From: Octopus vulgaris
Lineage: Eukaryota
Direction: 5' to 3'
Length of the DNA: 64,000 nt
Assembly (NCBI GenBank): GCA_951406725.2
Contig: OX597831.1
Span: forward strand, 74,648,001 to 74,712,000
How positions within the stretch are numbered: position 1 is the stretch's first letter; the number at the start of each line of letters is the position of its first letter. Both the position numbers and the translations under genes were made by a program. Shown piece by piece: positions 1 through 13,588 of this stretch. The notes beneath the pieces were generated by a model. The model made no database searches, was not told where the DNA came from, and saw only the letters and a program-made list of their open reading frames with translations.

Positions 1-60
1 AGCGACAACCAACCCTAAAAAGAAGTCCTAAGTGATCTGACGTATAGGTATTTAGTAGAG

Positions 61-61
61 T

Positions 62-97
<36 letters not shown>

Positions 98-125
98 AAT
101 AATAATAATAATAGTAATAATAATA

Positions 126-189
<64 letters not shown>

Positions 190-193
190 TAGT
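61..193. repeat. Compound (AAC)n(AAT)n microsatellite
   Basis: Directly visible; explains the poly-Y/C and poly-L ORFs. Confidence 0.97.
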
Positions 194-1321
194 AAAAGTT
201 GCCCAAAGAGAAGATTAGTCATCGTTAGTTTGAGAAGACAGGTGAGAGGAAATTTTGAGGAAATTGATATGGTGTATGGGGTGGGGGAAGAAGGGGGAGA
301 AAAGAGAAACGAGGAAGGAGTGCAGAGAGAGGAGAGATGATGAGAGAGAGAAGAGGAAAAGGATAGAAGTAAAGGTGTTTTGTGATATAACAGTATTGTA
401 ATCAAAATTCCTCAGTTGCTTTCATTGCAAAGAGGTTTATTTTTTATTTTTGCTCTTCATATTTTTTTTTCTCCGTCTCTAAAGTCTGGTGACAAAAATA
501 GCGGTTCTGGGTGTGGTGCCCTCGCGAGTTCTAGTTTTTGTAGGCTGGTGCCCTCTCTTTTCCTCTCTCTCTCTCTCTCTCGCGTTAGTTCTAGTTTTAG
601 AGATTCTGTAGACACCATTCTGTCTCCTTATTCAGTTGTTGTTGTTGTTGTTGTTGTTGTGATGGAAGTATTGTTGTTACTGTTGTCGTCATTTATTTAG
701 ATTTAGAGAAAAACATTAATCGTCTTCTTGCTGTTTAAGTCGAGGTCAACCACCATCGAGTCCGTCCTAGCCGAGACCATCCACAATGAAATGTATTCCT
801 CTTTTTCTTTCCCTTTTTTTAATGACTTAATCAAAAACGAAAGGTCAACAGCCATGATCCCTATTTTGAGAGTCTGGCCGGAGAAAGAAGCAAAGTTATC
901 CTCAGACGGAGCTCTGATCCGAATACTTGAAGCAGAAGAGACCTCCCTCTGCTAAAATGCTCCCAAATGTCTGATGATGCTGTTAAACCAGGCAACTGAC
1001 TAATTCTACGACCTAAGGATACACACGGCCCTTCATAAGTAACCCCCACACAGGGCCATCGTATAGAATTATACGTTCTCTCGAACAAAACAACGCATTA
1101 AGGTCTGTAGGATTTATGTATTTATTGAAAACAAGCCAGAGCAGATGAACAAATTAATTCTGGCCCTTAGATCCGTGTCCCCTATTTAAACAGATTACCA
1201 TTAGCCCTTCAGATGTGTGGCCTCTAGCTCCGTTGGTGGGAAACAAAGAGAAAGACAAAGACACATACACACACACTCTTTCATTTACACACACGCGCGC
1301 ACATGCATACCCATCCATCTA

Positions 1322-1408
<87 letters not shown>

Positions 1409-1453
1409 CTCTATCTATCTCTCTATCTATCTATCTCTCTATCTATCTATCTC

Positions 1454-1554
<101 letters not shown>

Positions 1555-1555
1555 T

Positions 1556-2213
1556 TATCGTCAATATTGTCACGCCTCCTTCCTTCAAACGGGAAGGAAG
1601 AGCTATTTTCATCATCCTTGTGGCTATGGCGAAAGAATGTATCTGGTGGACGCGTCTGAAAGGATTGGAGACAAACACTTTCCTCTCTGGTCAATCTCTC
1701 ATCAACTTCTTCAAGTACCACTTGAAAAGGAAAGTGAGAGTAGAGAGGCAAGTTTTGTCTAGCGAATGTTTTAAAAAAAGATGGGTGAATGTAGCAAGAA
1801 TGGCACGTATGAATGACGAAGCCACCTTGAGCATAGTCCTATGAACCCAGAAATCGAAAACAGAGAGTTGCTTATTTGAAAAAAAAAAAAAAAGAAATAT
1901 AAAATGTGACATCATTGACCGAGGTTACCGTGGTCTTTTCCGTAGGCTTTTCTTTGCACGGGTAAACCTCACCTGTCCTCCCCTTTACACTTCATATTGA
2001 CATTTCTGTGATAACGATCCCTATTGATCAATTTTTTTCCTCCCCCCTTTTTTTAAACCCCCTTTTTTTTGTCCTCTTTCTCTCCTTTTACGATCCCTTT
2101 TGATCGAAACTCCCCCTTCCTTTTTTTTTTTCTTTCTTAAACCTTCAAAAGAAAAGCTCTACCTTGTAATTTGTTCTATCTGTGTGCAGCCCTGTGTGGC
2201 TAATAAAGAAACA
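1556..2213 (+). mobile_element. L1/Tx1-clade LINE 3' end (ORF2 C-terminus, 3' UTR, AATAAA) within (TATC)n
   Basis: [36 protein letters not shown]...[11 protein letters not shown] (stop at 1844) resembles the L1/Tx1 ORF2 tail. Pyrimidine-rich UTR follows, with AATAAA at 2202-2207. (TATC)n lies on both sides. Confidence 0.7.
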
Positions 2214-2233
2214 TATCTATCTATCTATCTATC

Positions 2234-2296
<63 letters not shown>

Positions 2297-2301
2297 CTCT
2301 C

Positions 2302-2384
<83 letters not shown>

Positions 2385-2433
2385 CTCTATCTATCTCTCT
2401 ATCTATCTCTCTATCTATCTCTCTATCTCTCTC

Positions 2434-2501
<68 letters not shown>

Positions 2502-2506
2502 CTTAG

Positions 2507-2636
2507 CTATCTATTGGAGGCAGTCCTGAGAGCGGCTGGTTTCGGTCCCGTCTTCCGCGGCTGGATAGTTGCCTTGTACAGAGGCATCCGTTCGGTAATT
2601 CGCGTAAATGGACATCTATCAAGACCTTTCGACATT
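2507..2636 (+). mobile_element. L1/Tx1 reverse-transcriptase fragment
   Basis: [43 protein letters not shown] matches the GFG..F..WI..LY......VNG.LS..F segment that precedes the RGVRQG motif in L1/Tx1 RTs. Confidence 0.8.
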
Positions 2637-2659
2637 GCATATATGTGTATATGTATGTT

Positions 2660-2732
<73 letters not shown>

Positions 2733-2749
2733 GTATATATATATATATG

Positions 2750-2930
<181 letters not shown>

Positions 2931-2961
2931 GTAGATATGTGTGCGTATAGACACACACACA

Positions 2962-3120
2962 CACGATAGACTTCTACACAGTATCCACCTGCAAATTTCC
3001 CTCACAAAACAATGGTGTACCCGGGGCTACAGAAGACACTTGTCCAGGGAGCCGAGCAGTGGGACTGAACCCAAGACATATGGATGCAAAGCGAACGTCT
3101 TAACCATGCAGCCTTGCCTT
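2962..3120 (-). mobile_element. SINE family A, diverged 5' part
   Basis: agaagacacttgtccaggg...cagtgggactgaaccc is the reverse complement of the family A head seen at 19377. Confidence 0.7.
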
Positions 3121-3389
3121 ATTCATTTAATTATTTTTCTATTTATTTATTGTTTGTCGGTAAGGACCCGCTTGGACCTACATTATCTAATGGACACTTC
3201 CTAATCCAATGTAGTAACATGAGATTTGAGGTAGACTTGACTACTATATCTACTTTGTTCGTGCAAACACGTAGCGGTTTCTTCGTAAGCTACTTTATGT
3301 ATGTATGTATATGCGCGTATATATGTGAGTATCGGTGTGTATCAGTGTGTTGTGCGTATGTTTGTGTGCATATATGTGTATATGTATAT

Positions 3390-3438
<49 letters not shown>

Positions 3439-3592
3439 CATATATTTGTGTGTGTATGTCTGTGTATATGTGTTTATATGTACGAATACGTGTGACTATA
3501 TACGCGTGCATGTATGTGTATATATATGCCTGTGTGTGCGTGTGTGTTTGTGTGTGTATATATGTGTATATATATATATGTGTATACACACA

Positions 3593-3674
<82 letters not shown>

Positions 3675-3727
3675 TCTTTGTGTGTGTGTGTGTGTGTGTG
3701 TGCAGTGAGACGGAAACGATTGATACA

Positions 3728-3771
<44 letters not shown>

Positions 3772-4092
3772 GACAGTCAAACGGGCAGAGAGCCATGCAG
3801 TCACTGTGTCAAAGAGAAAGATGAAAAAAAAAAAGAAACTCCATGAAGAGAAATTCAATTATCACCGTGACTGATGCTAGAGGTCGTTCGGTGCATTCTT
3901 TGGAATCTCACACGATTTTAATCGAAGCTGAATGTAAACAATGGCTTTCACACTATATTTACATTGTTGTCCATATTGTTGTTTGTGTTGTTGCTGTTGT
4001 TGTTGTTGTTGTTATTGTGGTTGCTCTCTTCTTTTTTTGTTTTATTTCGCGCGCGCGTGTCTGTGTGTATAAGTATTTTTGTGCATGTGTTA

Positions 4093-4130
<38 letters not shown>

Positions 4131-4306
4131 TTTCCCAAGGATGTCACAAGACACAAACACAAATACATACACATGTGTGTATATAATGCCTATATTGCAT
4201 AATATATTTATTTATTTAATTTATATATATATATACACATATAAATATATTCATATATATATATACACTCACATACACACATACACACACACATATATAT
4301 ATATGC

Positions 4307-4374
<68 letters not shown>

Positions 4375-4461
4375 TTATATATATATATATATATACATAT
4401 ATATACATATATGTGTATGCTTATACACACATATATGTATGTATGCATGTATATACATATA

Positions 4462-4627
<166 letters not shown>

Positions 4628-4837
4628 TATATACATATGCATATATATATATATATGCATACATACATATATGTGTATGCTTTTACGACTTTAGTGGATA
4701 TTCTGCGTGCATAAGGGAACACTTGTAAATAAACATACAAACACACACGTATTCACACACACACATACATATATAAACATTAAGATATTCACACACGCAC
4801 ACTTACATATATGTATACACACACACACACATACACA

Positions 4838-4891
<54 letters not shown>

Positions 4892-5629
4892 CACACACAA
4901 TAAGCGCATCCGTTCTTGCCAACTGAGCTCTCATGTCTCTGTGGTTAAACTCATTGCGCTTTCAAATCCGCGGCCGTCAGTTCAAATCTCTTGCCAGCGT
5001 TACCCTTTTAATTTTTGTTCTTTCTCTTTCTATTTTTCAACTCCGTTCAAGCAGACGAAAGAAAGTCCAACCGCGCCCATCCCATCTTTTCTGTTATATC
5101 TAGAACTGCAATATCCAAAGTGAGGGCACTAAGACGACAGAAAAAAGTTGGAGATATTTAACCCCAATTTCTAACAGGACAAGCAGCTGCGTAGATACGC
5201 AACGTTAGGTTATTTAAGAATTTGTATTATCAAGACCTAAGTCTATCAAGGAGTGTAAGATGCAGCTCTGCAGTCGTAAATCCGCCATATTCCTTCCAGT
5301 TTTTGTCATTCAGTTTACGGTGCAAACGTTATGTTGCGAAATGTTTTCTTAGTTGTACAAATATATATGACATTGTGTAATTAGCATAATTGTTAATTAG
5401 TAGATTCACTTGGGTAATTAACCTTTTGTGTAAATATTAATTTATTGCAGGCGTAATCCGTAGCGATATCACGTTTGCACGTTTGCACACGCACAACAGC
5501 ATGGCTTACAGAGAACAGCGATCAGAACATTAGCTTTGATTACGTGACTGTGCCTCACGCCAGCATGTGTGTAGGTGCCAGTTCGCCCTATATATTGATG
5601 TAAGTTAATTGTATGCGTATATGTGTGTC

Positions 5630-5694
<65 letters not shown>

Positions 5695-5699
5695 TTCTT

Positions 5700-5794
<95 letters not shown>

Positions 5795-5824
5795 ATGTAT
5801 GTATATATGAAATCTAATGCTCGT

Positions 5825-6169
5825 AGCTTAGTTTTTCCTTGGGGCTGGCCGGATCAGCGCGACCTCAAGATTAATCAGCCGAAATTGCGAGGATGATCCA
5901 GTTCTTGACTGAAGATTAGAGGCTTCGAATGACCCGTCCGTTTTTTGTGTCGTCTCTTTGAATGTTTTGCGTCCTTGTCCCATTTTGTATTTTTTATATA
6001 TATTTTTTATACATATATTATCGCGGCGTAACGTACATCTTGTTCTCTTATGTATATATATATATAAGATGGATTCTCTTGTTGTGAACGACAAATGAGG
6101 GTTCAGGAAAATGAAGCGTTAATCATGTTCAGTGGGCACGAATGTGTCTCTTGAGGTCTGGTGATGTCT

Positions 6170-6266
<97 letters not shown>

Positions 6267-6291
6267 GTATATATATGTATATATATATATG

Positions 6292-6325
<34 letters not shown>

Positions 6326-6520
6326 TGTATGTATGTATGTATGTATGTATGTTTGTATATAATACAAAAATGGGACAAGAATGCAAAATATCCAAACAGT
6401 TAGGTGAAACAAAAAAGGAACAACAAAACATTCAGAAAAACAGTCGAGTTCCAGATTATCTTTGCAATTTCGGCTGGTTATACTCGAGATTGCTCCAATC
6501 TGGCCAGCCTCAAGAAAAAC
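5825..6520. repeat. Diverged inverted repeat around (TA)n; arms ~5831-6000 and ~6355-6520
   Basis: gtttttccttggggctggcc...cagccgaaattgcgaggatgatc at 5831 is the reverse complement of gattatctttgcaatttcggctgg...ggccagcctcaagaaaaac at 6454-6520. A related fragment lies at ~19195-19225. Confidence 0.8.
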
Positions 6521-6588
6521 AGAAAATGGAGAAATATTGATGAACAATAATTGATTTTCGTCAATTTTTAATCTCTGACTCAGCTAAC

Positions 6589-6768
<180 letters not shown>

Positions 6769-6777
6769 TTATCTACA

Positions 6778-6840
<63 letters not shown>

Positions 6841-6939
6841 ATCTATCTATTTGTTTGGTTGTCTCTCCTTCTCTCTCTCTTTCTATCTAACTATCTATCC
6901 CTCTATCTATCTACCCTTCTATCGATCTATCTATCCATC

Positions 6940-7052
<113 letters not shown>

Positions 7053-7079
7053 ATAAAGTATATATATAATGACAGTTGA

Positions 7080-7152
7080 TTAAGTAACCAGAAGATGGAT
7101 TTGGTATTATACTTTATTAGACTAATACCAAATACATCTTCTGGTTACTTAA
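7080..7152. repeat. Short near-perfect hairpin, ~30-bp stem
   Basis: ttaagtaaccagaagatggatttggtatta pairs with taataccaaatacatcttctggttacttaa, one mismatch. Confidence 0.9.
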
Positions 7153-7326
7153 GAAATTATCAACTAACACTGCGGAATTCCTGAAGCAGTTCCAACGAAA
7201 ATATTCCCCATCAGCGGATGACACCAGGTAGTCCAAACTGTGCCAGTGCTCTACACAACACGTCAACACACTAATCGACATACACCCATTAGTCCAAAGA
7301 ATTACATACATACATACATATATACA

Positions 7327-7414
<88 letters not shown>

Positions 7415-7421
7415 TATATAT

Positions 7422-7731
7422 ATAACATAATGGGCGTTAGCCATCTGAATGTGGCTAGGGACAGGGCAGGGCGGTGGGGGTGTTACTGATGCATTTAGCC
7501 CCAGGCGATCATCAACGTCACCAGGAGGGCTGACGCCATCACGGCGTCCTCTAGCCTGGAAAGGGAGATTTCTTCGGGGAATGATCTCCTTTGCAGGCTG
7601 GAGTACGCCGTGATGGCGTCAGCCCTTTGACTGATGATCGCCTGGGGCTAAATGGAATGGAGCCACATTCAGATGGCTAACGCCCCTTATGTTATGGAGC
7701 AGTTACTATATCTCGTTTAGAGAATTATTAT

Positions 7732-7735
<4 letters not shown>
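7422..7735. mobile_element. GC-rich fold-back element in (TA)n; palindrome 7422-7695
   Basis: Four successive complementary blocks, e.g. catttagccccaggcgatcatca/tgatgatcgcctggggctaaatg and agggctgacgccatcacggcgt/acgccgtgatggcgtcagccct. Homologous to 59808-60258. Confidence 0.85.
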
Positions 7736-7769
<34 letters not shown>

Positions 7770-7772
<3 letters not shown>

Positions 7773-8031
7773 AATATAAGAGAGGGTCCACTATGTGGAC
7801 GCTCTTAAGTTAAAAATAGATCTGCAATGGTTGTGCTAATTGTCCATGGGAACAATTATTGGTGGTTGAGACCATTGCGGATCTATTATTAGCGCAAGAG
7901 CGTCCACATAGTGGACCCTCTCTTATATTTGTGTATTAATTTTTACTGTATCCCAGTTTTTATGCGGTAAACCACTTGGTGTTAAATTGATGTTATTAAA
8001 TTAATATCCAATTTTTTCAACCTTATTTCTG
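7770..8031. mobile_element. Fold-back insert in (TA)n; arms ~7770-7832 and ~7871-7932
   Basis: acaaatataagagagggtccactatgtggacgctctt pairs with aagagcgtccacatagtggaccctctcttatatttgt. The right arm continues ~100 bp unpaired. Confidence 0.85.
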
Positions 8032-8043
8032 ATATATATATAT

Positions 8044-8124
<81 letters not shown>

Positions 8125-8127
8125 AAG

Positions 8128-8420
8128 AAGGTGCATGGCTTGGTGGTTAAGGTGTTAACCATTACGATTCCCAGGTCAGCCGGCGCGTTTTGTTCTTCAA
8201 TCAAACACTTAAATCCACGCTGCCCTGCGATCGTTTCGACATGTGGAACGCTTGTTGCATGCTTGTGCACCTGTACAGGTAATGTCGATTTGACGCAGGC
8301 AGTGAGCTCATGTGCACCGCAAAATATGTATCACTATAAACAAATCATCTGTGTGGTTGTTCAGCGAAGAATTTCGGAATTCTCATCTGTATTCTAACGA
8401 CGGGGGAGTCCATAATAAAT
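8128..8420 (+). mobile_element. tRNA-derived SINE (family C)
   Basis: A-box-like tggcttggtggttaagg head and an (ATA)n tail. Confidence 0.55.
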
Positions 8421-8649
8421 ATAATAATAATATGAGGGAATATTATTCCAAACTTACAGGGAAAAATTCAATTTAGAAATACTAAATCAAATTTACCAAA
8501 TATATACGTTTTATTTATTATTTTGCACATTACTTAATCATCGTTATATTTTTTATCTTATGTTTAATCTTTCTGTAATATGTAATTTTCTAGATGGTAT
8601 AATTTAATTTTTCATTATTGAATTGGTAAAAGGTGGTTTATTTCTAATT

Positions 8650-8700
<51 letters not shown>

Positions 8701-8833
8701 AAAATAGTAAAGTGTGAAAAAACGACAGAAGGCTTAAATGTTAAAAAATATATATATTTGTGTCAAAATGTCTGGAGAATATTGGAAAAATTTTTTTCCT
8801 TTCCTTAAAATGACATAATTTTAAAATTTTTAA

Positions 8834-8871
8834 AGAAATTACCGGTTTCGCGTGTAGCTTTTCAAATTTCT
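8834..8871 (-). ncRNA. Minimal hammerhead-like motif with variant core UUGAAAA, 3' of the PLE ORF
   Basis: Minus strand reads AGAAAT-TTGAAAA-GC(tacac)GC-GAA-ACCGGT-A-ATTTCT: perfect 6-bp stem I, palindromic stem III, GUA triplet. It lies ~140 nt past the ORF stop. Confidence 0.6.
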
Positions 8872-9007
8872 TGTGACGTTATGTTTATATTGCATGGAGT
8901 TATCGTTGTGTTTATTATCAGGAGATTTCTAAATAAGGGGAGGTAGTGAGTGATTTCTTCCGGTGTAAGGGAGATAATCGCTTAAAAATTTTTTTCCCTT
9001 TTCCTTG

Positions 9008-9703
9008 TTAATTTCTCTGTGTCAGTATGTTCGGATGGTTGAGTCTGGGTTTGTACTTTTCAATGAAGAATGTTTCCTTATTCAGTCTCATTTGTGTTGA
9101 TGATCCGAAAGCACATTGGTAAAATGGGAAGATTAAAAATTGTGGCAGTAGTTGCTTTGCGCATTTCTCAATGTGCTCACTAAAAGGTATCATTCTATAT
9201 TCTGGGAATGCAATCTGTTGTCGATGCAGTGTGCATCTACGACTGAGTGATAGTCCCGTGGAACCCACGTAGTCTTGGTGGCAGCCCGAGCATTTAATAA
9301 CATAAATTATGTTTTCAGAGGCACAAGTAAAGTTAGATTTGATCTTAAATTTCTGTCCCTCTTTAAAGAAGAATTCTGATCCTTCCAATAGGTTAGGACA
9401 TGTTGCACAGTTCGATCTACCACATTTTTTTACTTTTGCATCCGTAATTTTAGAAGACAATTTTGCCTTTGTGAGAATCTTTTTAAGTGATTTAGGCTGT
9501 TTGTAGCTTTTAATGATTTGGTGTATGTTTAGAATTTCCTTTAATTTTGGGTTTTTATGAAGTATTGGTAAATTCTGGGTGATGATGGTGAAGGCTTCTT
9601 TGTTTCTGGGGTTGTATGTAGATATGTAAGGTAGTATTTTCGGGGAAGGTGTGTTGTTGTGTTGAACTTTTCTTAAAGTTTCTATGTTGATTTCTGTTGC
9701 ACG

Positions 9704-9709
<6 letters not shown>
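9008..9709 (-). mobile_element. Naiad-like Penelope retroelement: thumb/linker plus GIY-YIG endonuclease, 5'-truncated, frame open
   Basis: Stop-free frame of ~233 codons: LPYISTYNPRN...KQPKSLKKILT...KCGRSNCATC...NIIYVIKCSGCHQDYVGST...R...H...H...RLNKETFFIEKYKPRLN. Contains the CX4CXXC linker and a CCHH-type GIY-YIG domain. Confidence 0.92.
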
Positions 9710-9763
<54 letters not shown>

Positions 9764-9769
9764 ATATAT

Positions 9770-10077
9770 ATAGAGTGGTTGTATACTGTCAACATAATGT
9801 GACAGTCCCGTATGGGAATTACACTACCGCTGTTTAGCCCTAGGAAGCATCGACGCTTCCTGTCGGCTTTGACACATTTCCAGTGTCCTTATATATTTAC
9901 GAATAAGGACACAGGAAATGTGTCAAGGCCGACAGGAAGCGTCGATGCTTCCTAGGGCTAAACGGCGGTGGTGTAATTCCCATACGGGACTGTCACATTA
10001 TGTTGACAGTATACAACCACTCTATCGCTCCACCACGTACATATCTCTATGAGATATTTAGAAATTTAATATTTCTG

Positions 10078-10080
<3 letters not shown>
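9770..10080. mobile_element. Near-perfect 256-bp palindrome (9770-10025) in (TA)n
   Basis: 123-bp arms at 9770-9892 and 9903-10025 with 4 mismatches and a 10-nt loop. Shares tttagccc.agg..catcgacg..gacac..gtgtcctta with 59808-59940. Confidence 0.95.
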
Positions 10081-10132
<52 letters not shown>

Positions 10133-10174
10133 GTGTATATATGTATAAATATATATATATGTATATATATGACA

Positions 10175-10382
10175 TGAGCTGTGACGTCACCGGAGCCAAG
10201 CTCTACCAATTTTTCCCTTTCCCTTGGATAACATCGGTAGCGTGGAGAAAGGAAGCTGGTATGAATGGACGGACAATTGCTGGTCTTCCATAAAACGACC
10301 TTACCTGGACTTGTGCCTCAGAGGGGAGACTTTCTAGGTGCAATCTTATAGTCATTCATGACCGAAGTGGTCTTTACCCTTA
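10175..10382 (+). mobile_element. Retroposon 3' fragment (unclassified SINE/LINE tail)
   Basis: Complex block between microsatellites ending gtcattcatgaccgaagtggtctttaccctt; recognised by resemblance only. Confidence 0.35.
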
Positions 10383-10604
10383 TGTGTGTGTGTGTGTGTG
10401 AGGGGGTGTCTGTATATAATATTCTATAATATAATACAAAACGCAACTTCACGCCTGCCTCCATTCTTTCCCCTTTCCTTTCTCTCACCCTCTCACTTCT
10501 ATTCTAGTTTTTCTACTTTCTTCTTTTCTCTCTCTCTGTCCCTCCCTCCTGTATCCCAGCATTTCTCTTTTCCCCATCCATCCCTTCCCTTTTTTCTCTC
10601 TGTC

Positions 10605-10639
<35 letters not shown>

Positions 10640-11223
10640 TCTCTTGCTCTCTTTCTCCTCTCCCTGCTGCTGTCACGTGGCCCGCGGCCAGCGAATACTC
10701 CGTCTCTCCGTTCTCCATACTTTGGGATGTCTTCTAAGCGTTACCCACAATCCTCGTCTCCTTAATCCTAAAGCCATATCTTGCTCGCCTCTTCATCCGT
10801 GCCTACCCAAATCACACACTGTGTTGTTTTACTTTGTTTTGCTTGCTCAAGCAAATTCTCCACAAAATTAATTTTTGCGGGCACCGCCAATATGGGAAAC
10901 CCTCAGTTTTATCATTAATGGCGCGAAACTGCCAATTACCAATTGGTTGATCACTGATGAAGGGTCAGGGACATTCTGTGTCTGTCTCCCGTTTTGTCCC
11001 GGTTGTTCACTCAGTATGCGTTGTGTCGTTTGTTTATTTGCCATACATATTTTTCATTTATCATACACAAACACCAACAAACACATACACACATACAAAC
11101 AAAAATACCCAGTTGTTGACGTTGAAATTCCAATGAAGGAGCCTTGAATTTCGGTTAGAAAGTGGCTCTTTCTCTATTGGCAAGTAATCTCGAAAGCAAA
11201 ACTGAATAATGACATACACACAC

Positions 11224-11256
<33 letters not shown>

Positions 11257-11459
11257 CATATATACATATATACATACATACATACACTTTTATATTTATA
11301 ACAATGTTTACAACGACATAGCAAATATAATATTAAAAGCGTGTAAAATCTAATTGTAACTATATATATGTGCGTGTATGTGTGTATATATATACGTATA
11401 TATACATGTGTGTATATCTATCTCTCTATCTATATATCTATCTGTCTATCTATCTATCC

Positions 11460-11501
<42 letters not shown>

Positions 11502-12358
11502 ATATATACACATATATATACATACATACATATATATATATATATACATACATATACACATATATAAATATACATACATACATACATACATACACACATA
11601 TATATATATATCGGTTGACACTTCTGTTCTGGTTTTCTCATCGGTTACCGTCTCAAGAACACAGGAATTCTCACCGTTCTTCACACCATTTCTCTACCTT
11701 ACAACCCTTTCATCTTCTCTCTACACTATTTCATTCTCTTTCCCTCTCCCCACACCCTCTCTTTATTTCCCGCTTTCTCTTCAGTCTCTCTCCCTCTGTT
11801 TCCTTCTTCTTTTCTTCTCCCCCCTCCCCCCGTTCTCTATCCTTTAATATATCTCACATTCTCTTACTCTCCTCATTCTCTGTGTTTCTATTTCCTTCCT
11901 CTCCCTTACTCCTGCTTTATACGTGTTACCTTCCGTCTTTCTCTTTCTTAATGACTTCCCTCTCTACCATACTCTCTCTCTCTCTTTCTGTCTGTCTGAC
12001 ACTCTCTCTCTCTCTCCCTCCCTCCCTCTCTAATCATCCATCTGTGCCTCACCCTCTCTCCTCCTCCCCATTCTTCTTCTTTCTTTCTGAATTTCCGTCT
12101 CTTCTATTTGTTTATTGATTTTCATATTTACATAATTACTATTATGAGCGCGCGTGTGTGCGTTTGCATATCTACACACGTACACACACACACAGACACA
12201 CACACACACACACACGCACATGTATGCGTGCGTGTGCAAATGCATGTAATTACATACATACACCTATATACATGTGCGTGTGTATATATTTGCACACATA
12301 CATACATAAACATATATATATATACATATGTGTATCAACATATACGTATATATATATG

Positions 12359-12428
<70 letters not shown>

Positions 12429-12911
12429 AATACACAAGCATTTATGTGTATATTTGTGTATACAGACACACACAAATAAAATGTATGTATACATGTATGT
12501 ATGTACGGATGGATGGATGGATGGATGTGTGTGTGTGTGTGTGTGTACGGAAATGTATTAGCTTTACCCCCTGACAGTTGGGTAAATGCCATGCCAGTTC
12601 CAACCGAAAGCCACAACGAAATGACTCACACCTTTTGCTTTGGGTGTTGTCGAAATTGGTAAATTGGTGAGAGTACCTTGCGTTGTCTTCATAACGCCGG
12701 TGTGCGCGTGTGTGTCTGTTTACGTGCGCGCGCGTGTTTGTACTTACATAGACATAAACAGATATACACACACATACACACATAACACACACACACACAC
12801 ACACATATACTTATATACATACACACAGACATATGTACATATATCTATGTATATATACCTGTATATATATATTTGCATACCTGTATGTCTTGCAGACGTT
12901 GTACATCAAAA

Positions 12912-12964
<53 letters not shown>

Positions 12965-12987
12965 ACACACACGCACATACATAACAA

Positions 12988-13020
<33 letters not shown>

Positions 13021-13272
13021 TGGCATATGGTTTACGTATCATTTCAGTTGTCTTATTTCCATATCGATGATAGTCTATTATGCAGATTTTCGTTCTACAG
13101 GTGTGATAATGACGATAATGATGATATTGATAGCAGCGGCAAAGGTGGTAAAGCTAGAAATTCTGGTGGTGGAGAGGAGGAGAGAAGGGAGTTGGGTTAC
13201 TTTGTATTTTGATGCCATTGTCTACCATGTTCTCATGGTGTCTTTGCGTTTCTGGGTATATATATATATATA

Positions 13273-13368
<96 letters not shown>

Positions 13369-13516
13369 TATATATACGTATAAGTATATAAATATGTATG
13401 GTTGTATGGTTGTATGTCTATGTATCTATCTAGCTATCTCTCTGTTCATCTATTTATCTACCTGTCTGTTTGTCTGCCTGGCAGTCTCTCTCTCTCTCCC
13501 TCGCTCTCTCATTCGC

Positions 13517-13588
<72 letters not shown>

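Noticed and set aside
7630-7675. SECIS-like ATGA-N12-AAA
   Set aside because: No properly placed 3' GA quartet partner or upper stem, and ATGA is not conserved in the homologues.
10945-11000. Hammerhead at cactgatgaaggg
   Set aside because: Core heptamer is present but no GAAA or stem III follows; at best a deleted remnant.
11612-11720. Fifth PLE endonuclease remnant
   Set aside because: Only a faint resemblance to the 60.5-kb C-terminus; too decayed to support.
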